Source of the DNA: a bacterium
GTDB lineage: Bacteria; Zhuqueibacterota; Zhuqueibacteria; Zhuqueibacterales; Zhuqueibacteraceae
DNA length: 24,482 nucleotides
Direction of reading: 5' to 3'
NCBI GenBank assembly: GCA_044869275.1
Contig: JBIOXB010000224.1
Location: 1 to 24,482, forward strand
Positions within the stretch are counted from its first letter, which is position 1; each line of letters begins with the position of its first letter. This document shows positions 15,867-23,176 of the stretch, piece after piece. The notes under the pieces were generated by a model. That model did not search any database. It saw nothing but the letters and a program-made list of their open reading frames with translations, and had not been told where the DNA came from. A program made the translations under genes and the position numbers.

Positions 15867-16456
15867 AAGCAACCGTTTTGCGTATCGCGATCGGCTCGAT
15901 TCGCCCGCCCAAAGTCGAGGCGGTGCGCTGTGTACTGTCGCAAATCGCGCCGTATTTGGAGTACCAGCCCGGCAACGTGAACTACATCGCGCGTGAAGTG
16001 GCGAGCGGCGTGTCGGTCGTGCCGCTTTCGATTCACGAAATCCGGCGCGGCGCATACAATCGCGCGCTCGAAGCGCGGCGTTTGGTGGAGGAGGAATGCG
16101 GGCCGGTGGATTTCAGCATCGGGCTGGAAGGCGGGCTGTTCATCTTAAACGAAGAGGGCAACGCCGAGCGTGTGCACTTGCAGAGCTGGGCCTACGTGGA
16201 GCACCTGGGCGAGGGCCATTTTGGCAGTTCCATGAGCATGCCGATCCCGGTTCATCTCGCGCGCGAGGTGATTGAAAAGAAGCGGGACCTGAGCAAGGTG
16301 GTCGATCATTATGCCGGCCGCGACGACGTGCGCAACCGCGACGGCGCATTTGGGTTTTTGAGCCGCGGCCATTTGAACCGGCAGCAGGCTTTCGAACTCG
16401 CCCTCTTGGGCGCGTTCGCCCCCTTTTATCATCAAGCGGTTTATCACCTGTCCTGA
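15863..16456 (+). CDS. yjjX: Non-canonical purine NTP phosphatase (inosine/xanthosine triphosphatase, YjjX/DUF84 family)
   Basis: 'IAIGSIRPPKVEAV', 'VASGVS..PLS..EI.RGAYNRA', 'IGLEGG', 'GAFGFLSRG.LNR', 'AFAPFY'. ATGA overlap with the deaminase stop. Confidence 0.85.
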   Translation: MKATVLRIAIGSIRPPKVEAVRCVLSQIAPYLEYQPGNVNYIAREVASGVSVVPLSIHEIRRGAYNRALEARRLVEEECGPVDFSIGLEGGLFILNEEGNAERVHLQSWAYVEHLGEGHFGSSMSMPIPVHLAREVIEKKRDLSKVVDHYAGRDDVRNRDGAFGFLSRGHLNRQQAFELALLGAFAPFYHQAVYHLS

Positions 16457-16707
16457 ATGTTGCCCCCTCGGTTCCAAGATTCAGAAAGGTGATTTTCAGA
16501 ATCAGGCCCCTGCCCGCTGTCCAAAACCCAGGCCGGGCAAAACCAGTTGACCATCATCAGGCAATTCCGGAGGCGTTTCAAAAGAATGCTCGAGCCAGTC
16601 GTTGAAGTCGTGAGCCGTAAAATCTCTTTCTTAAGACTGCGATTGAACCTGAGCGAAAGCACGTTTGCGGCAAGCGTTGCCTTAGCTACTATTTTGGGCA
16701 GATGTGA

Positions 16708-16756
16708 CCATTGACAATTCACCATTCACAATTCGCAATTTCCAATTCACAATGCT
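16708..16756. repeat. Seven tandem degenerate heptamers (consensus CMATTCA)
   Basis: CCATTGA CAATTCA CCATTCA CAATTCG CAATTTC CAATTCA CAATGCT. Confidence 0.9.
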
Positions 16757-17343
16757 CCTCCTGGGCATGGAAAGCTCCACTGTATTCCCAAGTGCGCCGC
16801 CTGCCCCTCTTCCGCCATCTGCTCGAGGCCGAGAAGAAACGGCTTGAGGCATTGCTCCGGCAGGTTCCGCAAACCACGGGCTTGCATCTCGATGCCGGCA
16901 GCGGCACCGGTGATTCACTCGCGCTTTTTCAAGAGAGCAAAATTCTGATCTGCGCCGACAGCTCATTCGCCATGTTGCGCCAGGCACAGGCGCCGCGCAA
17001 GCTGGTGGCACGCGCCGAAGGCCTGCCATTTGGCGATCATGTTTTTGCATTGGTTTCCGCCATTGGGTTGCTGGAATACGTGCGCGAGGCACGGACTTTT
17101 TTTGAGGAGATTCGCCGCGTCTTGCAGCCGGAAGGATTTTTTTTGTTTACCTCGTCTCCTCCAGCACTGGGCAATTATTTGCGGCAAATGAGCAGCGGGC
17201 GTTTGTATTTACGGGCAGCGGCAGAAATTGAGGCGCATTTGCCTCAAACCGGATGGCAGAAGCGCGGACATGAACGAACGTGGCTGCAGGAGCAATGGCT
17301 GATTTGTCCCAAGGAGGAGATCAGAAGGGCACACCCACATTGA
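16711..17343 (+). CDS. Class I SAM-dependent methyltransferase (Methyltransf_11-like)
   Basis: Motif I 'LDAGSGTG', 'CADSSFAML', 'AEGLPFGDHVFALV', 'EIRRVLQPEG'. The only in-frame standard start before the domain is TTG 16711, since an in-frame TGA lies at 16705. Confidence 0.85.
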   Translation: MTIHHSQFAISNSQCSSWAWKAPLYSQVRRLPLFRHLLEAEKKRLEALLRQVPQTTGLHLDAGSGTGDSLALFQESKILICADSSFAMLRQAQAPRKLVARAEGLPFGDHVFALVSAIGLLEYVREARTFFEEIRRVLQPEGFFLFTSSPPALGNYLRQMSSGRLYLRAAAEIEAHLPQTGWQKRGHERTWLQEQWLICPKEEIRRAHPH

Positions 17344-20044
17344 AATACACCCGCTTCTGCCAGCGCTCTAGCCAGCCCAAAGCAATGCCGATGGGCAGAA
17401 GCGGCGTGTCGGCGGTGACGGACAGCCCCAGTGCGTGGCGCAATTCGTGCACGGTTGCCTGGTCACGATCTCCCCAGATGCCGCTCAAATCATAGCGCAC
17501 GCCGAAATAAACGTCGAACAGAGGCCGTTTGCGCAATTGATAGCGATACTCCACACTGGCAACCACCAGGTTTCGGCCAATCGCCTCCTGGTCGCGCAAG
17601 CCAAACACGGGCGTGGGTCCGCTCAAGCGAAATTGCTCGCTGAAGGGCGTGGTTTGATCGGCGATGCCGCCGATGAATTTGGGATGGAGCACGTGCGGGC
17701 CGAAAGCGTGAAAGGATTCCAATTGCGCAAAAAATTTGACGAAAGAATCCGCGCCCGGCTGCGAGGGCTTGGCATACTCATAAAAAATGTTCGCATAACG
17801 CCCGGTGCGCGCAAAGGGGAGTTGGTCGCGGGTATCCAACACGGATTTCGTGGTGAAGAAAAAAATGTCCGACTCGCCGGTGGGGTAGCCGGTGCCGGAA
17901 ATCGCATCCAGCCGGATATTTTCCCACCGCAATTCCGCGGAGAGCGCGCCGAAGCGCCGCACTTGCTGGCCCAGCATCCATTTGATTCCCAATCGCCGGT
18001 CTTGATATTCGCCGCTGGGCGCCTCCGCTGCCGTTTGGGGATAGACAAAACTGTCCCAGGCCTGCAGGTAGGCGCTCGCGGAGAACGTCAGGAACGTGCT
18101 GAACACGCGATCGGTGCGCCACGTCGCTTTGGTGAGAAAACCCCGGCTGCCCGCCGTGCCGTGCAGGTAAAACTCGCTCGCGCTGCCGAACACATTTTCA
18201 TTGCCGATTTCTAGCAGGCCATAAGTGCCGCGTTCGCTTTGATAGTATCCTCCCAGGCGCAGCACGCCGAACGGCTTTTCTTGCAGCCGGATGCGAAGCC
18301 GTGACCCGCCGGTATCTTCCCGCACCGGCGTCAGGCTCACTTTCTCGAACAGACCGGTGCTATGAATATTGTCCAACCCTCGACGCGCGCTTTTGGAATC
18401 AAAAATCTCGCCGGCTTTCAATGAAAATTCGCGCTGCACCACGAACGGACGGGTGTGCCGTAAACCCGTGAACTCCACCGCCGCGATACGGCCTTCGTCA
18501 ATGGCGATGCGCAAGTGGCCCGTCAGTGAATCGAATGCCACGCTGCGGATCTCCGCCAGCGCATAACCGTCGCGGCGATAATGCTCGACCAGCGCACGCA
18601 AATCCTCCCGGCCTTGCTGGTGATTGATGATTTCGCCGGGCCGGCTTCCCATGCACTGCAACAAAACCGAATCGGCAAAGATCGAATTGCCGGTGAATTC
18701 CACGCTTTGCAGGCGCGGATTCTCCCGCAGCACGAAAATCAAAGTGTCGCCTTGGACGCGAGCCTGCACCTCCCTGTAATTGCCGCTGGCGTAAAGCGCG
18801 TCGATCTTTTCCTGGATTTCGGCGGAGGCAAGGCTTTCCGCTTTCACGCCCTGGCCGTTGGTGAACAGAGCGAAATCTGCAAACGCGGTATGCAGGTCTT
18901 TAAAATCGACGTGGCGGACGGTGACCGCAACCTCCGCACCGGAGGGCCTGGATTTTAAGGCGCACATGTTCCGGATCACTTCCATTTTTTCCAGCGTGCG
19001 CTGCCGGCCCAGGGCAATCAACGAATCCAGATGGGTGAAGTCCAGTGAGGTGCGGTCAAGGTCTTTGAAAGAAATCATCACGTCGGCCATTTGGCGCTGT
19101 TGCTCGTTTCTGTCCTGCTGCATGATGGTGGTCACTTGATCGGCGATTTGCCACGGCAAGGCGAGCTGCGCGGAAGGCAGCAAATTGGAGGAGGCATCCA
19201 CCGCAATGACCACGTCCATGCCTTGCTGCCGCGCTGCTTCAACGGGAAGGTTGTCTCGCACGCCGCCGTCGATCAACAACATGTCCTGCCGGGGAACGGG
19301 CGCGAGCAGCAGGGGCAGCGCCGACGAAGCACACATCGCTTCGCCGAGATCGCCGCTGTCGATCAGAACCTTCTTGCCCGTGTACAAATCGGTCGCGACG
19401 GCACGAAACGGAATGCGCAAATTGTCGAAGCTCGAGCTCGCCCAATAGTTCGCACGCCAGGTCAGCTCGGTCAGCACGGAAAGCAATTTTTGCCCGCCCG
19501 TCAGCGCGCGCGGGATTTGCGGCGTGAGGCCGCGCACGCGCAGTTGAAAGAGAAACGGTTCCTGCTCTTGCTTTTGGCTCACCAACAGATTTTGGCGCGG
19601 CGGCGCATCCGTCAGCAGATTGTTCCAGTCGATCGCGGTCATGATCTCGCCGAGCTGCTGGGCGTTGTAACCGGCAGCATACAATCCTCCCACCACGCTG
19701 CCCATGCTCGTGCCGGCGATAAATGAAATGGGAATATTGTTCTCCTCCAACGCTTGCAACACGCCGATTTGCGCCAAACTGCGCGCCCCGCCGCCGCTGA
19801 GAGCCAGACCCACGCGCACGCGCGCGGGCTCGCGATAGGGGATGAAATAATGCGGATTTCCCAACTGTTGTCCAAACCGGGGCGCAAAGATCAGAACCGA
19901 ATCTCTGGTATGGAGGCCGGGAGGCACGGCCAGGAAGGCACAAGCCGGGAGGGGTTGCGAAAAAACCGAGGCGGCAAAATGAGAATGAAACAACAAAGCA
20001 CACAACGTAAAAATGGCGGTCGGTGCTGCGACAAATCTCAACAT
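17321..20044 (-). CDS. Patatin-like phospholipase fused to POTRA domains and an Omp85/BamA-type beta-barrel (PlpD-like, type Vd), about 907 aa
   Basis: Signal peptide from ATG 20044. Patatin motifs 'ALSGGGAR', 'GTSMG', 'LIDGG'. POTRA motifs 'VEFTGNSIF' and 'VEFTGLRHT...STGLFEKV'. C-terminal beta-signal 'VYFNVGVPF'. Confidence 0.92.
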   Translation of the reverse strand: MLRFVAAPTAIFTLCALLFHSHFAASVFSQPLPACAFLAVPPGLHTRDSVLIFAPRFGQQLGNPHYFIPYREPARVRVGLALSGGGARSLAQIGVLQALEENNIPISFIAGTSMGSVVGGLYAAGYNAQQLGEIMTAIDWNNLLTDAPPRQNLLVSQKQEQEPFLFQLRVRGLTPQIPRALTGGQKLLSVLTELTWRANYWASSSFDNLRIPFRAVATDLYTGKKVLIDSGDLGEAMCASSALPLLLAPVPRQDMLLIDGGVRDNLPVEAARQQGMDVVIAVDASSNLLPSAQLALPWQIADQVTTIMQQDRNEQQRQMADVMISFKDLDRTSLDFTHLDSLIALGRQRTLEKMEVIRNMCALKSRPSGAEVAVTVRHVDFKDLHTAFADFALFTNGQGVKAESLASAEIQEKIDALYASGNYREVQARVQGDTLIFVLRENPRLQSVEFTGNSIFADSVLLQCMGSRPGEIINHQQGREDLRALVEHYRRDGYALAEIRSVAFDSLTGHLRIAIDEGRIAAVEFTGLRHTRPFVVQREFSLKAGEIFDSKSARRGLDNIHSTGLFEKVSLTPVREDTGGSRLRIRLQEKPFGVLRLGGYYQSERGTYGLLEIGNENVFGSASEFYLHGTAGSRGFLTKATWRTDRVFSTFLTFSASAYLQAWDSFVYPQTAAEAPSGEYQDRRLGIKWMLGQQVRRFGALSAELRWENIRLDAISGTGYPTGESDIFFFTTKSVLDTRDQLPFARTGRYANIFYEYAKPSQPGADSFVKFFAQLESFHAFGPHVLHPKFIGGIADQTTPFSEQFRLSGPTPVFGLRDQEAIGRNLVVASVEYRYQLRKRPLFDVYFGVRYDLSGIWGDRDQATVHELRHALGLSVTADTPLLPIGIALGWLERWQKRVYFNVGVPF

Positions 20045-20090
20045 GAGGAAGCTCAAAGTGGCTGAAGACAATGGCAAAAAATTCGAGTGG

Positions 20091-20119
20091 AATATATCAA
20101 TCTTGCTGCTGAGATGCAA
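20091..20119 (-). promoter_or_regulatory. Sigma70 promoter with extended -10 for the patatin-Omp85 gene
   Basis: Minus strand TTGCAT (20119-20114) - N17 ending in TGa - TATATT (20096-20091). Confidence 0.65.
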
Positions 20120-20130
20120 GGTTGCCCGCA

Positions 20131-20159
20131 TTGACTTTGCCAATGCCGCGTGGTATATT
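20131..20159 (+). promoter_or_regulatory. Sigma70 promoter with extended -10 for the bioY-kinase-anmK-glmU-like operon
   Basis: TTGACT (20131-20136) - N17 ending in TGg - TATATT (20154-20159). Confidence 0.7.
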
Positions 20160-20202
20160 GCGTCATTAGCCCAGATCCTCGTCACACCATGGCGCGCGTC
20201 AC

Positions 20203-20889
20203 ATGTTGGCCTATTCCTCATTTTCAGCAACGGCAGTTTCCGGCTCCCACGCGCCTGCGCAAACGCGCATGCTGATCTTGACCAGCTTGTTCACAGCACT
20301 GACCGTGATGGGGGCGCAATTCCGCCTGCCGTTGCCATTTGTACCCTTTAGCTTGCAGACGTTTTTTGTTCTGATTTCAGGCGCCCTGCTCGGGCCGCGG
20401 TATGGCGCAGCCAGCCAATTGCTTTATTTAGCCTTGGGATTGGCGGGCTTGCCGGTTTTCACCAAAGGCGGCGGCTTGGCTTATGTTTTTCAACCGACGT
20501 TCGGCTATTTGCTCGGCTTTCCACTGGCGAGTTTCATTGCCGGCGCGCTGATTCATGGCAGACAAACGCGCACGCCGGTCATGCCGGCCGTGCCCTTTTC
20601 AAAGCTGGTGCTCATCCTTGTCCTCGCAACCGCGGCGATTCTCATTCCCGGCGTGCTTTATTTATGGTGGTGTACGAACAATGTGAACGGAGTGCCATTG
20701 AGTTTTTTGAGCGTGGTCGGGATGGGCGCAGCGGTGTTTTTCCCCATGGATCTGTTGAAGGTTCTTGCCACCGCTTATCTCTATCGCACATTGCAGCCAC
20801 GCCTGTCGCGCGCGCAGGTGGCCACGCCGGCCTCCCTCGTGAACCAGGCGTCAAACCCCTCACCACCTTTCATGCAATCAAAATCATGA
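20203..20889 (+). CDS. bioY: Biotin transporter BioY (ECF S-component)
   Basis: 'VPFSLQTFFVLISGALLGPRYGAASQLLYLALGLAGLPVF', 'PTFGYLLGF', 'FFPMDLLK'. Start uncertain (20203 or 20269). Confidence 0.92.
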   Translation: MLAYSSFSATAVSGSHAPAQTRMLILTSLFTALTVMGAQFRLPLPFVPFSLQTFFVLISGALLGPRYGAASQLLYLALGLAGLPVFTKGGGLAYVFQPTFGYLLGFPLASFIAGALIHGRQTRTPVMPAVPFSKLVLILVLATAAILIPGVLYLWWCTNNVNGVPLSFLSVVGMGAAVFFPMDLLKVLATAYLYRTLQPRLSRAQVATPASLVNQASNPSPPFMQSKS

Positions 20890-21914
20890 ATCCCGTCGCG
20901 CAGGATTTTTATGTCTTCGGCATGGATGGCGGCGGCACGAAAATGACCGGCTGCTTGCTGGCTTCCGGCGGCGAGCTGATCGCGCTCGGGCACGCGCCAC
21001 CGGCAAATTATGCCAAATTGCGCGGGGAGATCGCGCAGCCGATTGCGCAGTTCCTGAAAACCCTGCAGCAACAGGCGCAACTGCCGCAAACCCCGGTAGC
21101 GCTCGCTGGCATTTGTTCCACCGGTGTGGGACGCTCCCACGATCGTGAGCTTTTGGCGGAAGCCTTGCAGCGCGCTCATCTCGCGCAAGCGATCCTGGTC
21201 GAAAGCGACTTTATGAGTGCCCTGACGGGCGCATTCGCCGGCGGGCCGGGAATTATTGTGATTGCAGGAACCGGCTCGGTCGCCTATGCGCGCACACCGG
21301 ATGGCGGAGTTCTACGCGCGGGCGGATGGGGTTATTTAATCGGCGACGAAGGCAGCGGATTTTATTTGGCGCGCCAGGCTCTCAATGCCGCTTTGCAGGA
21401 ATGGGACGGCCGCGGCGAAAAAACGAGCCTGCGGCAGGCTTTCGAAAAGCATTTTGGCGTAAGCAGCATCGAGTTGATGATCAGCCAAATCTATGCTCCT
21501 GATTTTGATCGCGGCCACATGGCCGCACTTGCGCCGCTGGTATTTGAACAGGCCGACCACGGTGATCGCGTCGCGCAGCGCGTGATTGCAGAGACCGGCT
21601 TTGAGCTGGGCCGATTGGCGCGCGCGGCCGTGCAAAAATTCAGAGAAAAGGAAATCATCGATCTCGCCTTGCTCGGCAATCTCTTTCGCCGCAGGGGCGC
21701 GCTGATGCCGTCATTTTGGCATGCATTGCGCGAAGAGAAGGAACGCCTGCGCTTGGTCGAGCCGCAGTTCGAAGCCGCCATCGGTGCGGCATTACTGGCA
21801 TTGCAAGGGAGGGGCTTGGAGTTGAATGCGGTCTTTCTCGAGAAGCTGAAATCTTCGTACGAAAGATTGCAAGCAAGCATGCCCAGCCACCAGCCGTCTG
21901 TAATGAGTTCGTGA
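20886..21914 (+). CDS. BadF/BadG/BcrA/BcrD-family sugar kinase (N-acetylglucosamine / N-acetylmuramic acid kinase-like), 342 aa
   Basis: 'GMDGGGTK', 'GIIVIAGTGSVAY', 'RAGGWGYLIGDEGSGF'. ATG 20886 overlaps the bioY stop (ATGA). Confidence 0.9.
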   Translation: MNPVAQDFYVFGMDGGGTKMTGCLLASGGELIALGHAPPANYAKLRGEIAQPIAQFLKTLQQQAQLPQTPVALAGICSTGVGRSHDRELLAEALQRAHLAQAILVESDFMSALTGAFAGGPGIIVIAGTGSVAYARTPDGGVLRAGGWGYLIGDEGSGFYLARQALNAALQEWDGRGEKTSLRQAFEKHFGVSSIELMISQIYAPDFDRGHMAALAPLVFEQADHGDRVAQRVIAETGFELGRLARAAVQKFREKEIIDLALLGNLFRRRGALMPSFWHALREEKERLRLVEPQFEAAIGAALLALQGRGLELNAVFLEKLKSSYERLQASMPSHQPSVMSS

Positions 21915-21915
21915 A

Positions 21916-23127
21916 ATGATGACAGCCATTTTGGGCGAACCCCTGCGGCGCTTGTTTCAGGTCGCGCATAGTCCGGAAAAACTCATCATTGGTTTGATTT
22001 CCGGGACTTCGGCGGATGGCATCGATGCCGCCTTGGTGCGCGTCCGTGGCCACGCTTTGGATACCAAAATAGAGTTGCTCGCGTTTGCAACTCATCCCTT
22101 TCCCTCTGAAATTCGCCGGAGCATCCTGGAGGCCTCTCGTCCGGGCGCGGGCAGTGTCGATGAGATTTGCCGTTTGAATGCCGTGGTGGGAGAATGCTTT
22201 GCTAGGGCGGCTTTACAAATCATTTCATCGATCAATCTCGAGGTGCGGCAAATCGATCTCATTGGCTCGCACGGACAAACGATTCATCATTTGCCCAATG
22301 CCGAACCCCTGGCGGGGGTGGCAACACGCGGCACGCTGCAAATCGGCGAGCCGAGCATCATTGCCAAACGCACGGGCATCATCACCGTCGCGGATTTCCG
22401 CCCGGCGGACATGGCGTTGGGCGGGCAAGGCGCGCCGCTCGTGCCGTTGCTGGATTTTCTGCTGTTTCGTTCCGAAGAAAAAACGCGCGGCGTGCTGAAT
22501 CTCGGCGGCATTGCGAATCTCACGTTTCTGAAAAAGGGCGGCGGCAGAAATGAAATCATTGCATTCGACACGGGACCGGCGAACATGGTGATCGACGGAT
22601 TGATGCAAAGGCTCTACCAGAGCAGTTTTGATGCAGACGGCGAAACCGCCGCGCGCGGCAAAGTTTCCGGGGAATTGTTGTCCCGGCTGATGAGGCATTC
22701 TTATTTTGCACAAGATTTCCCGAAAAGCACCGGCCGCGAGGAATTCGGCGAAGCTTTTGGCACCGAAACATTAACCCAGGCGCGCGCCTTGCGCCTGAAC
22801 AATGAAGATGTGATCGCGACGGTGTCGGCGCTGACGGCCGAAACGGTTTGGCAGGAGGCGCAGCGCTTACAAGCCCGCGGGGGAGTGATGGAGGAGCTCA
22901 TTGTCAGCGGCGGTGGCGCGCGCAACCGCACGGTCATGAATTTCTTGCAGCAAAAATTTTCTGCAACACCAATTCTGACCACGGATCAATTCGGCATTCC
23001 CAGCGACGCGAAAGAAGCGATCCTCATGGCAATTTTGGCGAATGAAACAATTGCCGGCCAAGCGGGCAATGTGCCCTCGGTCACCGGCGCTGAAGGCGCG
23101 TCGGTGTTGGGCAAAATCTGCTTGTAA
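21916..23127 (+). CDS. anmK: Anhydro-N-acetylmuramic acid kinase
   Basis: 'IGLISGTSADGIDAALV', 'IGSHGQTIHH', 'TLQIGE', 'DFRPADMALGGQGAPLVP', 'LNLGGIAN', 'FDTGPAN', 'PKSTGREEF', 'SGGGARN', 'AKEA'. Confidence 0.97.
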   Translation: MMTAILGEPLRRLFQVAHSPEKLIIGLISGTSADGIDAALVRVRGHALDTKIELLAFATHPFPSEIRRSILEASRPGAGSVDEICRLNAVVGECFARAALQIISSINLEVRQIDLIGSHGQTIHHLPNAEPLAGVATRGTLQIGEPSIIAKRTGIITVADFRPADMALGGQGAPLVPLLDFLLFRSEEKTRGVLNLGGIANLTFLKKGGGRNEIIAFDTGPANMVIDGLMQRLYQSSFDADGETAARGKVSGELLSRLMRHSYFAQDFPKSTGREEFGEAFGTETLTQARALRLNNEDVIATVSALTAETVWQEAQRLQARGGVMEELIVSGGGARNRTVMNFLQQKFSATPILTTDQFGIPSDAKEAILMAILANETIAGQAGNVPSVTGAEGASVLGKICL

Positions 23128-23176
23128 TTCTTGCATGCAAGAGGGCAGTGCTGAACGTTTTAGGAGAGTGGTGATC

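Noticed and set aside
16444..16725. 93-aa minus-strand ORF in the yjjX-methyltransferase gap
   Set aside because: It starts inside the heptamer array, has no recognisable motif, and overlaps both neighbours in antisense.
1171..16756. CRISPR array, tRNA/rRNA or IS element explaining the repeats
   Set aside because: There are no regularly spaced 25-40-nt repeats with unique spacers, no cloverleaf or rRNA signature, and no cas, transposase or integrase ORF was recognised.
20045..20230. N-terminal extension of the patatin-Omp85 ORF
   Set aside because: It spans both divergent promoters and overlaps bioY; the signal peptide begins at ATG 20044.
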